From a virus (taxonomy: Duplodnaviria > Caudoviricetes): a stretch of DNA of 61,543 nucleotides. The stretch covers positions 1-61,543 of IMG/VR virus record IMGVR_UViG_3300010354_000092. One strand, given 5' to 3'. Positions 1 through 9,254 of the stretch are shown one piece after another. Under the pieces are notes generated by a model. It was not told the origin of the DNA. It saw only the letters and a program-made list of their open reading frames with translations, and searched no databases. How positions within the stretch are numbered: position 1 is the first letter of the stretch; each line of letters starts with the position of its first letter. The translations under genes and the position numbers were made by a program.

Positions 1-188
1 GGGATGGAGGTACCGGACAACCGCCTCTGCTAAAGACCCTAACGCTGTGTGACTATGCTACTCAGATGATGCATAACTTCGCCCGCCCTGGGCGAAGTGT
101 GACCACTTAATCTAGATGATACTTAATGCTACGCATTTATAAAAACTGCTTCAAGCGAAGCGTAGAAGCAGGTGAGCGCAAGCTCACC
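1..188 (+). ncRNA. Candidate structured non-coding element, truncated at the window edge, family unknown
   Basis: Consecutive stems at 5-29, 54-75, 76-98 (9-bp perfect stem), 146-171 and 171-188 (GGTGAGC-GCAA-GCTCACC). Two GTGTGAC-N10-AGATGAT units at 47-70 and 97-120. No ORF. Confidence 0.5.
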
Positions 189-220
189 ATAAATACATAA
201 AACATTTTCGGGATAAAATA

Positions 221-1225
221 ATGAAGTTAGATGATATCTTAACGGAATCTCAAATAGATGAATTAGGCATCGCAAAAAAGATTGCAGGCGGAGTTAGAGG
301 TGCCGTCACAGGATTTAAATCAAATAGAGATAAGCGTGCCGGATTACAACATAGTAATAAGATTGTAGATAATCTACGAAGAGAATTTATGAAGCAGGTA
401 GGTGGCGGAACTGAAGCCACTGTGCAAAATCTATTATCATTTTTACAAAATCAAGGTTTAGATGTTAGCTCAGTAAACACAGACCAACTTCCTCAAGAGC
501 CTGCACCTCAAAATCAACCTAAACAACGAATTGAACCTACTTTAGATTTAGAGCCAACTCCCGAAAAACCTAAAACTACTGCACCTACACCAAGTTCAAC
601 TGGTGGAACTGTAACTCCTACGGCTACTGGATTACAACACAAAGCTAGTCTCGACAATCCAAACCAACCAAAGACTACAGTCCCTCAAGGGCCCGGAGCA
701 GGAGCGTTTAGTTCTATGGCATCGCAGTTAGGTGCACCAAGCGGAAACCAACCACTAACTCCTACTAAACCGAAAAGAACAGGGGGTAAAGTTCCTGGAG
801 TAGTTAGCCAAACGCCAAACGCTCAACGTAAACGTGCTGCCAGGATAGCTAAAAGCGGGGGTGTGGTTAAAGAAGAAACCCAGCTAAATGCTGTTAACAT
901 TGATAAAATTATCAGAGATGTTGTACAGAAAAACTATAGCAAAATTCGTCAAGCACAGGCTGGTACACTGCCAGCACAGACTGTAGATTTAACGCAATTT
1001 AGTCAACCTGCTCAGCCTAAAGCTGAAGTACCTAGTAATAATGCATTTGCTAATCCAGAAGAACTTGAAAAATCTTGGGACGAGTATGTCAAAGCAGGTG
1101 GAACTATTTCTGATCAGCACAAAAAGCTATTTGCTAAGTTAGCAGGAAGTGCAACAGCTCCTGCTCCGGCGGCGCCTACTACAGAATCTGAATTTTACAG
1201 TAAATTCTTAGGACAGCGTCTTTAA
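221..1225 (+). CDS. Hypothetical late protein, Pro/Thr-rich, possible internal head protein
   Basis: 334-aa ORF after TAAATA (190-195). N-terminus MKLDDILTE has an L-x-E site typical of prohead-protease substrates. Confidence 0.55.
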   Translation: MKLDDILTESQIDELGIAKKIAGGVRGAVTGFKSNRDKRAGLQHSNKIVDNLRREFMKQVGGGTEATVQNLLSFLQNQGLDVSSVNTDQLPQEPAPQNQPKQRIEPTLDLEPTPEKPKTTAPTPSSTGGTVTPTATGLQHKASLDNPNQPKTTVPQGPGAGAFSSMASQLGAPSGNQPLTPTKPKRTGGKVPGVVSQTPNAQRKRAARIAKSGGVVKEETQLNAVNIDKIIRDVVQKNYSKIRQAQAGTLPAQTVDLTQFSQPAQPKAEVPSNNAFANPEELEKSWDEYVKAGGTISDQHKKLFAKLAGSATAPAPAAPTTESEFYSKFLGQRL

Positions 1226-1452
1226 AAGAATGGTAATTTAGTTTTATTAGTTAATTCTAAATTACTTTCAATAAGTTTGGCTATGATTTCTCTATCTTGA
1301 TAATCTGTATTATAAGCTTCTTCAAGTGTTAATCCGCCTCTCATAAACCAGCATAGTCTTATTAGTTCTTCTTTAACGGCTTTTATTTCTTTTTCTAGCT
1401 TTTCAGAAAGCTGGAGTATTTCTTCGATGCTAAGAGATAAAAGCCTTATGCG
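1222..1452 (-). CDS. gp51-like tail/baseplate assembly chaperone extension, reached by -1 frameshift from the upstream gene
   Basis: Open -1 frame of 76 codons (RIRLLSLSIEEILQ...CWFMRGGLTLEEAY...TKLPFF*) missing from the ORF track. It begins at the slippery site A AAT TTT TTC. Confidence 0.7.
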   Translation of the reverse strand, partial: RIRLLSLSIEEILQLSEKLEKEIKAVKEELIRLCWFMRGGLTLEEAYNTDYQDREIIAKLIESNLELTNKTKLPFF

Positions 1453-2309
1453 AAAAAATTTGCAGGATCAAAAGTTAGAGGAATCTCGATTTCTTCTGAT
1501 ACACCATTATCTATCATTTCTTGACTAGGTCTTACCTTAATGGGTTTAAGGCCGTTTTGTTCTCGCATCAATTCAAGGTGTTGTTTAATGCTATCAAATA
1601 TATGAGCATCTGAATTTTCTAAAAATTCTTTAATATGATCTGGATCTTCTGTGGTTCCTGCTATGCTTTCAATTCTATACACACTGCTATTAATAACATC
1701 GACTGTGATAGATGTGAGCTTTTTAAAGCTTTCTCTAAATGTTTCTATTTTTTGTTCTTCTGTTAGTTGAGAACTGTTGACTAAACTAAGAATTTTTTGA
1801 GTTTCAAAATTTTGAATACTAGTCTGACTGGCTACGGCATAGTTAACTGGCTTAATAAACAGGACCATTTCTTTGCCAATTTCTAATCTTTCTTGCCACG
1901 AAATTTGATTTTGCAGTCTATCTAACACTTCTCTCAGATTAACAGTATAGGTCATATCTTCTTCACCTATGTTGATAGTAGTGTCCATATTTTCGCCAAA
2001 TGTTGCTAAACGTATAGCTATTAAAATAACGTCTATGTCTATGTTAGGTATGGCCCATGCATCTATAATATTAGGCATACAACTTTGAATAACGTCCACA
2101 ACTGCTTGTCCGTTGAGCAATGCGTCTGGAGTTTTTAACATAAGTTCATCTTTAGCCGTCATAGAGAATACCGGGTATTCTCCATTCGTCGTTTGATTAA
2201 GACTTCCTTCAGTCCAATATTGCCCGTTACTAGGCAATCTTATGTAGATTTTTGGTTGACGCATTAAGCTAGTCAACGGATTTATTTTCTTTACGGCTGT
2301 AGAATCCAT
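1446..2309 (-). CDS. T4 gp26-like baseplate hub assembly / tail assembly chaperone
   Basis: RQPKIYIRLPS, MTAKDE, DIDVILIAIRLATFGE and terminal NFFA* are gp26-like. Divergent from the tape measure gene. Confidence 0.7.
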   Translation of the reverse strand: MDSTAVKKINPLTSLMRQPKIYIRLPSNGQYWTEGSLNQTTNGEYPVFSMTAKDELMLKTPDALLNGQAVVDVIQSCMPNIIDAWAIPNIDIDVILIAIRLATFGENMDTTINIGEEDMTYTVNLREVLDRLQNQISWQERLEIGKEMVLFIKPVNYAVASQTSIQNFETQKILSLVNSSQLTEEQKIETFRESFKKLTSITVDVINSSVYRIESIAGTTEDPDHIKEFLENSDAHIFDSIKQHLELMREQNGLKPIKVRPSQEMIDNGVSEEIEIPLTFDPANFFA

Positions 2310-2322
2310 ATTTTAGTTCCGA

Positions 2323-2358
2323 TAAATAAGTTTAGATCACTCTCTCGATATATTTATA
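2323..2358. promoter_or_regulatory. Face-to-face pair of T4-type late promoters
   Basis: TAAATA at 2323-2328 (+) and TATAAATA at 2351-2358 (-), between the divergent chaperone and tape measure genes. Confidence 0.6.
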
Positions 2359-2383
2359 TACGTAGATAACCAGGAAAAATACA

Positions 2384-4438
2384 ATGGCCGGAATAGACAC
2401 TGCTGCGATGGAACAAATCCTTGAGCAACTGCTCAAGGAAGCTAGGAGCCAGGGAAGAACTCAATCTACATTCTTATCAGCATTGGCTAAGAAAGCAGGT
2501 ATAGATCCTAAATTAATTGCAGAGCAAGAAAAAAAATTAGCTGCTTTAGGTAATGCCGCAGAAGATACTGCTAAGAAGACTAGTAAACTCGGTGGCGTAG
2601 GAAATATGGTAGGCAGTGTACTTGCTGACTTAGCTAACGGTGTGACAGCTACAGCAGGTAACTTAGTTAATTTTGGTGCTAAAGCATCTTTAGGTAGTGC
2701 AAAGATAGAAGATTTATTTTCTGCTTTTAAAGATCTTCCTATTATTGGAGTAGTAGCTAATTTATTTTCTGCTTTAGCAAAAGTCCAAACTGAAACTTTA
2801 GATCAATTTAGATCATTAACTCAGTCTGGTATTAATTTTGGCACAGGATTAAATGTCCTTCGAGAAACCGCATTACAATCAAAAGTTTCTTTAGATTTTT
2901 TTGTACAAAATTTAAAACAAAGTTCAGATACGTTAGCTATTATTGGTACTACTGCTAATCAAGGTGCTAAAAATCTTAAAAATATTAACTTAGAAATTAC
3001 AAGAAGTGGCGGATTTGGTGAACAATTAAGGAATTTAGGCTACAGTTATGAAGATCTAAACAAACTTACTACAAGCTATGCAAGAACCGTTGGCGGACTT
3101 AATAGACAGCAACAAAATGATTATAAAGGTGTAGCAGAAGCCGCAGTAGCCTACGGTAAAGAATTAGATTTGTTAGCCAGAATTACTGGAAAATCTAGAG
3201 AAGCGCAGCAAAAAGAATTAGAAGAAGCTATGCAAGAATCTAATTTCCAAGCATTCTTGGCAACATTAGATCCCGAACAGGCTAAGAAATTACAGACTCA
3301 GGTTCAAGAAGCTATGGGTGTTGCAGGCAAAGGTGGCGCTGAAATCGTTAAAGCTCAGGCAATGGGAATTGCTGTTCAAGGACAGCAAGGTAAATTATTA
3401 ACTGCATTAGGTGGAGAATTAGCAAGTAAATTAAGAGATCAAACAGACATGGCTATGAACACTGCTGTTTCTGTTGAGCAATTTAAATCTCAAAGTGTAA
3501 GACGTATTGCCGAGTTACAAACTTCTGCCGCAGAAGCGTATCCAAGAATTGCTAAGCCTATGCAAGCTTTAGCTCTTCAAGGAGAAAACGTTGCAGAAAG
3601 TATTGGACCTTTAGCTAAGAATTTTACAGCATTAAAAAATGCAGGAGCAGAGACATTAGATCAAAGAATTCAACAGGTGGCCGCTGAAAAAGCTGCTCAA
3701 GAAAAAGATGCGGCTACTAGAGATGCAAGTTTACAAGCAATGTTGAATGCAGAAGAAAAAATGAAAGCATTTAACGCTGAAATGAGCAAGGTAGTAACAA
3801 CCCTAAGTGAAAAATTATTATTTCCTCTAATGAATAAAATTACTCCAATGTTACCAGAAATAGCTAGACAAATTTCTACATTTATACAAAATCTTTTCAC
3901 TCCGGAAGGACGAGCAAAAATCATTAAAGATATTGTAGATGGCGTAAAAGAAATTATAGCAGGCGTTTACACTCAAATGTCTGCTGGTCCAGATCAACAA
4001 GCACTAGCACAAGATAAAAAAAATTGGGATAGCATGGCATGGTATCAAAAAGCAGAATCTGGGTTAGCTAGAGGTATAGAAGGTGTTGGTCGCTTTTTAG
4101 GTATGGAAACTGTAGCCAATCGAGCAGCCGTAAACAGAATAGAAGCAGAAACAAAGGCATTAAGCGGTAGAGCATTTGGCAGCTACGGAGTGACTGGTAA
4201 ACTGTTTGAAGATTTTGGGAACGGTACAAATGTGACTTTACACGGTCAGGAATCTGTTATGACTCCTAGCCAATTGTCTAGTTTAATGGATGGTTCAGCG
4301 GCAAATAATCTTAAAGGTCTTGTAGAACAATTAAATAGTGTAAACAGTCAAATGTTACAGACAATGAAACAGGTAGCTGAATATACAAAACGCAATGTAG
4401 ATGCGACTAAAGCCCTAAGTGGCGATGCATTTGCATAA
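2384..4438 (+). CDS. Tail tape measure protein
   Basis: 684 aa, Ala/Gln/Leu-rich and helical, with C-terminal LHGQESVMTP. Adjacent to the frameshifting chaperone. Confidence 0.7.
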   Translation: MAGIDTAAMEQILEQLLKEARSQGRTQSTFLSALAKKAGIDPKLIAEQEKKLAALGNAAEDTAKKTSKLGGVGNMVGSVLADLANGVTATAGNLVNFGAKASLGSAKIEDLFSAFKDLPIIGVVANLFSALAKVQTETLDQFRSLTQSGINFGTGLNVLRETALQSKVSLDFFVQNLKQSSDTLAIIGTTANQGAKNLKNINLEITRSGGFGEQLRNLGYSYEDLNKLTTSYARTVGGLNRQQQNDYKGVAEAAVAYGKELDLLARITGKSREAQQKELEEAMQESNFQAFLATLDPEQAKKLQTQVQEAMGVAGKGGAEIVKAQAMGIAVQGQQGKLLTALGGELASKLRDQTDMAMNTAVSVEQFKSQSVRRIAELQTSAAEAYPRIAKPMQALALQGENVAESIGPLAKNFTALKNAGAETLDQRIQQVAAEKAAQEKDAATRDASLQAMLNAEEKMKAFNAEMSKVVTTLSEKLLFPLMNKITPMLPEIARQISTFIQNLFTPEGRAKIIKDIVDGVKEIIAGVYTQMSAGPDQQALAQDKKNWDSMAWYQKAESGLARGIEGVGRFLGMETVANRAAVNRIEAETKALSGRAFGSYGVTGKLFEDFGNGTNVTLHGQESVMTPSQLSSLMDGSAANNLKGLVEQLNSVNSQMLQTMKQVAEYTKRNVDATKALSGDAFA

Positions 4439-4452
4439 TAAGGAAAAACAAA

Positions 4453-6147
4453 GTGAGTTGGAAAAAATATTTTACTCCTGTTAGCAACGGCGGCCAACTA
4501 AGTCCAGTTGGTAGTACATCGTCAAGTGCTAGCCCTACACGCAGTAATTACAGCAGTTATCTACCTGATCTTTATTCTGGACATCCTAATAGATTAGAGC
4601 GTTATGCTCAATATGATGCTATGGATACTGACAGTGAAGTAAATGCTGCCTTTGATATTCTAGCAGAATTTTGTACTCAAATTAATGAGGAAAACGGTAC
4701 TCCGTTTCAGGTATTTTTTAAAGATCAAGCTACTACTACAGAAATTACTATAATTAAAAAATATCTACAACAATGGTCTAAAATGAATAATTTTAGAACT
4801 AGGATTTTTAAGCTAGTAAGAAATTGTTTCAAATATGGCGACACATTTTTTATTCGAGATCCCGAAACTCAAAAATGGTTTTATATTGATCCTGCTAAAG
4901 TAGATAAAATTATTGTTAATGAATCAGAAGGTAAAAAACCGGAACAGTATCATATTCGAGATCTTAATCCTAATTTTAATAACTTAACAGTTACTCAAAT
5001 TAATCCTACTAATCAAAATGTAGTACCGGGAGGTACTGCTTATGTTACAGGCGGAGCACAACAGCGGGGTATGGTTGGCGCTTATCCCCAAGGCGCAGGT
5101 AGCAGATTTAATGTTAGCCAAAATCAACATGCTATAGAAGCCGAGCATGTTATACACATTAGTTTAAGTGAAGGACTAGATAACAATTTTCCATTTGGAA
5201 ATAGCCTAATGGAAACTATTTTCAAAGTTTACAAACAAAAAGAACTTTTAGAAGATGCTATTATCATTTATCGTGTTCAACGTGCTCCTGAACGTCGAGT
5301 ATTTTATATTGACGTAGGTAATATGCCTAGCCATATTGCTATGAGTTTTGTTGAACGTGTTAAAAACGAAGTTAATCAACGTAGAATTCCTAGCGCAGGT
5401 GGTGGCAGTCAAAGTGTTATAGACGCAGCCTACAATCCATTGAGCATTAACGAAGATTACTTCTTCCCACAGACAGCAGAAGGCCGTGGTTCTAAGGTAG
5501 AAATATTACCTGGCGGAACTAATTTGGGAGAGATTGATGATCTTAGATATTTTACTAATAAGCTGTTTAGGGCTTTACGCATTCCTAGCAGTTATCTACC
5601 TACTGGTCCCGACGACGGAGGATCTAACTTTAATGATGGTAGAGTTGGAACAGCATACATTCAAGAACTTAGATTTAACAAATACTGCGAACGATTACAA
5701 AGTTTATTAAACGATCCTTTTGATACAGAATTTAAGATGTATCTTAGCACCAAAGGTATCAATGTTGATCGTAATTTATTTGATATTAAGTTTAATCCTC
5801 CGCAGAATTTTGCTGCTTATCGCCAGGCAGAAATGGATACAGCAAGGGTAACAACTTTTACAGGATTAGTTGAAATACCATTTATGAGTAAACGTTTTGC
5901 AATGAAACGTTTCTTAGGCATGACTACTGAAGAAATTGCAGAAAATGAACGTATGTGGCGAGAAGAAAACTTAGATCAAGGCACAAATTTAAGTTCTCAA
6001 GCAGAATTACGTAGTGCAGGTATTACTGCCGGAGGGATAGCCGGAGACATTGAAGGTTTAGAAGGAGCTACTGAGCCCGAAGATGATTTAGAAGGCGATC
6101 TTGGTAATGAAACTGCTGCACCAGGCACAGAAGTACCACCTCAATAA
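4453..6147 (+). CDS. gp20: Portal protein (T4 gp20-like)
   Basis: LLEDAIIIYRVQRAPERRVFYIDVGNMP, EDYFFP and GGTNLGEIDDLRYF are gp20 motifs. GTG start after AGGA. Confidence 0.95.
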   Translation: MSWKKYFTPVSNGGQLSPVGSTSSSASPTRSNYSSYLPDLYSGHPNRLERYAQYDAMDTDSEVNAAFDILAEFCTQINEENGTPFQVFFKDQATTTEITIIKKYLQQWSKMNNFRTRIFKLVRNCFKYGDTFFIRDPETQKWFYIDPAKVDKIIVNESEGKKPEQYHIRDLNPNFNNLTVTQINPTNQNVVPGGTAYVTGGAQQRGMVGAYPQGAGSRFNVSQNQHAIEAEHVIHISLSEGLDNNFPFGNSLMETIFKVYKQKELLEDAIIIYRVQRAPERRVFYIDVGNMPSHIAMSFVERVKNEVNQRRIPSAGGGSQSVIDAAYNPLSINEDYFFPQTAEGRGSKVEILPGGTNLGEIDDLRYFTNKLFRALRIPSSYLPTGPDDGGSNFNDGRVGTAYIQELRFNKYCERLQSLLNDPFDTEFKMYLSTKGINVDRNLFDIKFNPPQNFAAYRQAEMDTARVTTFTGLVEIPFMSKRFAMKRFLGMTTEEIAENERMWREENLDQGTNLSSQAELRSAGITAGGIAGDIEGLEGATEPEDDLEGDLGNETAAPGTEVPPQ

Positions 6148-6160
6148 GCTAAATATTTTT

Positions 6161-6400
6161 ATGCTATTGCAAGAATTCATTTATTTTGACAAAGACAAAG
6201 CCGATCTTAGTAATAATGATCGCTATGATTCTTCTGATGATACTAGTGTGATTAAAAGTTCTGATCTCAGAAAAAGTAGACTTACATTAAAAATGCTTAA
6301 CGATCTTCGAAAAGCAGGAGATGCTAGAGAGCAAGAAAGTAAAGCTGACTTAGAATTAGTTAGAACAATGTATGCTACACCCACTGAACCAACAGAATAA
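6161..6400 (+). CDS. Small conserved head-module protein (prohead core-like)
   Basis: Start moved to ATG 6161, 5 nt after TAAATA. MLLQEF...RKSRLTL. Lies between portal and core genes. Confidence 0.6.
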   Translation: MLLQEFIYFDKDKADLSNNDRYDSSDDTSVIKSSDLRKSRLTLKMLNDLRKAGDAREQESKADLELVRTMYATPTEPTE

Positions 6401-6582
6401 TCTGTAATTATAACTCATCTTTGTTAAAAATAAATATTTTTGCATAAAACATGTCAAATCCAGAGTAAATCTCTGCGTCTGTTTGCCTAAAACGGCTCGT
6501 TTTTGGCCTATTTCACATAAGTATATCATCTTGGCTGTAAATATACTCGACAGCCTTGCCAAGCTAATTAAGGAGACCCGCA

Positions 6583-7497
6583 ATGTCAGAAAAGTTTGAA
6601 AAACTTTTAGATTATCTTGTCAACGAGGAAATGGATAAGGCAAATGAATTATTCCATGAGATCGTTGTTGAGAAGTCTAGAGAAATTTATGAACAGATGA
6701 TTGCTGAGGAAGCAGAAGATGCTGACGAATCAGTAGAAGAAGAAACAGAAGACGCCGACGAGTCTGTAGAAGAAGAAACAGAAGACGCCGACGAGTCCGT
6801 AGAAGAAGCTTATATGGACGACGAACAAGACGAGTCCTATGAAATGGACAACGAAGAAACTACACTTGAAATTGGCGGCGATGCCGGCGATGCATTAGTT
6901 AAAGGTGTAGAAGACAAAGACGCTATGGACATGGACATGGATGGCGGAGAAGGTGGTGATGTTAGTCAAGGAGAAAAACAAATCCTTGATGTAGTATCTC
7001 AACTTCATGCTGAATTTCAAGACCTATTAGCCAAAGTAGATGGCGATATGGACAGTGAAATGCCAGCAGATGACGATGCTGCCGACATGGAATTTGATGA
7101 CGAAGATGACAGCGACAGCGAACCAAAAGATGAAGATCTAATGATGGGAATTGCAGAAGGTCGTAGACTTCGCGAATATTCAGAAAAAGTAAGTGATGGT
7201 CATGGTGCCGAGAAAAAAGGCAAAGCAGAAGAAGGTGACGGTAAAGCAGGACCAGTAAGCTCTGCTAAAGGTCGTCCAGCTTCCGATGCTCGTGCATCTA
7301 ATATTGCTCAAGGCGGAGAAGAAAAAGGTGGTGCAACACCAAAAGCCAAAGGCGAGTTTACCAAGAGTGGCACACATAATGTAAATGGCACCAAACACGG
7401 TGTTAAAACATTAAGTAAAGTTTCTCAAGGTCACGGTGCAGAAAAGAAAGGCGCCGGTGAACAATCAGCTAATACCAAGAGTATAGTTGGTCAATAA
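6583..7497 (+). CDS. Acidic prohead core / internal scaffolding protein
   Basis: Very Asp/Glu-rich 304 aa, strong AGGAG RBS, between portal and protease. Confidence 0.65.
   Translation: MSEKFEKLLDYLVNEEMDKANELFHEIVVEKSREIYEQMIAEEAEDADESVEEETEDADESVEEETEDADESVEEAYMDDEQDESYEMDNEETTLEIGGDAGDALVKGVEDKDAMDMDMDGGEGGDVSQGEKQILDVVSQLHAEFQDLLAKVDGDMDSEMPADDDAADMEFDDEDDSDSEPKDEDLMMGIAEGRRLREYSEKVSDGHGAEKKGKAEEGDGKAGPVSSAKGRPASDARASNIAQGGEEKGGATPKAKGEFTKSGTHNVNGTKHGVKTLSKVSQGHGAEKKGAGEQSANTKSIVGQ
6715..6807 (+). repeat. 33-bp in-frame tandem repeat, about 2.8 copies (EDADESVEEET)
   Basis: gaagaYgcYgacgaRtcHgtagaagaagaaaca starting at 6715, 6748 and 6781 (last copy partial). Confidence 0.9.
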
Positions 7498-7508
7498 GAG
7501 AACAATAG

Positions 7509-8132
7509 ATGCAATATCTAAGAGAACATTTAAGTTTTGACCAGGCTCAAGCTGTGCTTGAGTCTGATGATAAAGACGGAAAAAATCTTTACCTTAAAGG
7601 GATAGCTATTCAAGGTGGCATTCGTAATGCTAACCAACGAGTATATCCTGTTAAGGAAATAGAAATTGCTGTAAAAACTCTAAATGATCAAATACAAAAT
7701 GGTTATTCAGTTTTAGGTGAAGTTGACCATCCAGATGATCTTAAAGTTAATTTAGATCGTGTATCCCATATGATTACTCAGATGTGGATGGAAGGTCCAA
7801 ATGGATATGGTAAAATGAAAATTTTACCTACACCAATGGGCAACTTAATTCGCACTATGTTAGAAAGTGGTGTAAAACTTGGAGTCAGTTCTAGAGGTAG
7901 CGGAAACGTTAACGATATGAGTGGCGAAGTTTCTGAGTTTGAAATCATAACAGTGGATATAGTAGCTCAACCTAGTGCTCCTGGGGCTTATCCAACACCA
8001 GTGTACGAACATTTAATGAATACACGGGGCGGGTTGGCAGCATACAGGACAGCAGTAGAAACTAGAGAAGATCCTAAGAAGCAAAAGTATCTCCGTGAGG
8101 CGATGCTTAAAATAATTAACGGTTTGAAATAA
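7509..8132 (+). CDS. gp21: Prohead protease (T4 gp21-like)
   Basis: RNANQRVYP, GEVDHP, LGVSSRGSG and DIVAQPSAPGAY motifs. Confidence 0.95.
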   Translation: MQYLREHLSFDQAQAVLESDDKDGKNLYLKGIAIQGGIRNANQRVYPVKEIEIAVKTLNDQIQNGYSVLGEVDHPDDLKVNLDRVSHMITQMWMEGPNGYGKMKILPTPMGNLIRTMLESGVKLGVSSRGSGNVNDMSGEVSEFEIITVDIVAQPSAPGAYPTPVYEHLMNTRGGLAAYRTAVETREDPKKQKYLREAMLKIINGLK

Positions 8133-8146
8133 CCGTATAGGAGGAC

Positions 8147-9235
8147 GTGATGTTGGACGCATTCAAACAATTGGTTGAGAGTGGTATAATGACAGATGAA
8201 ACAAGATCTGTTATCGAAACTGCTTTTGCCCAAAAGATTCAAGAGAATCGCGACCAGGTCACCGCTGAACTTCGTGAAGAGTTTGCTCAAAAATATACAC
8301 ACGATCGAGGTGTTATGGTTGAAGCTATCGACAAGATGTTAAGCGAGAGATTGGCCGCGGAAATGGCTGAACTTGCAGAAGATAAGAAAGCTTTAGCGGA
8401 AGCTAAAGTAGCTTATCAACGCAAGATGACTGAAGATTCTAAAATAATGGAATCATTCATTCTAAGTCAGCTAGGAAAAGAACTCGTGGAATTCCAAAGT
8501 GATCGTAAAAAAGTTACAGAAAATTTCCATAAACTAGAGCAGTTTGTTGTTCATGCTTTAGCTAAAGAGATCAAAGAATTTGCCATTGACAAACGTGATC
8601 TAGCAGAAACTAAGGTTAAGCTAGTTCGTGAAGCTAAGGCACAATTTGAACAAGTTAAAAAGAAGTTTATTGAACGCAGTGCTAAAGTTGTAGAAAATGT
8701 AGTGGCAAAGAATCTAACAGCTGAGATTAACCAGTTGAAAGAAGATATTGACAGTGCAAGAGAAAACAATTTTGGACGTCGTTTATTTGAAGCATTTGCA
8801 CAAGAATATTCTAGTTCTTATCTAAATGAAAAATCTGAAACAAGTAAATTGTTAAAGGTAATTCAAAAGAAAGAACAAGAATTATCAGAAGCAAAACAAG
8901 CTATTGCAGAAAAATCTACAATCGTTGAATCCAAAGATCGCGAAATTCGTGTTGCTAAAGATTTAATGGAACGTAAAGCTGTTATGGCTGAACTGTTAGC
9001 TCCATTAGGTGCTGACAAAAGAGAAGTTATGCAATCGTTGCTTGAGAGTGTAAAAACTCCTAGACTACGTGATGCATACGACAAATACCTACCCGCAGTT
9101 ATTGAAGGCGAGAAAAAGAAACCTGTGAAAACAGTTTTGAAAGAAAGCACCGAAGTTACTGGTGATAAACAAAGCAAGCCAGAGGTAGGCTTAGATAATA
9201 TATTAGACATCCGTAAGTTGGCGGGTCTAAAATAA
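8147..9235 (+). CDS. Prohead scaffold protein (T4 gp22-like)
   Basis: Coiled-coil Glu/Lys-rich 362 aa between protease and major capsid. Confidence 0.8.
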   Translation: MMLDAFKQLVESGIMTDETRSVIETAFAQKIQENRDQVTAELREEFAQKYTHDRGVMVEAIDKMLSERLAAEMAELAEDKKALAEAKVAYQRKMTEDSKIMESFILSQLGKELVEFQSDRKKVTENFHKLEQFVVHALAKEIKEFAIDKRDLAETKVKLVREAKAQFEQVKKKFIERSAKVVENVVAKNLTAEINQLKEDIDSARENNFGRRLFEAFAQEYSSSYLNEKSETSKLLKVIQKKEQELSEAKQAIAEKSTIVESKDREIRVAKDLMERKAVMAELLAPLGADKREVMQSLLESVKTPRLRDAYDKYLPAVIEGEKKKPVKTVLKESTEVTGDKQSKPEVGLDNILDIRKLAGLK

Positions 9236-9254
9236 TTCAAGGAGACAATAGGAA

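Noticed and set aside
47-120. CRISPR array or hammerhead ribozyme
   Set aside because: There are only two short units with 10-nt cores and no cas gene in view. The boxes read AGATGA, not the hammerhead CTGATGA with a matching GAAA core.
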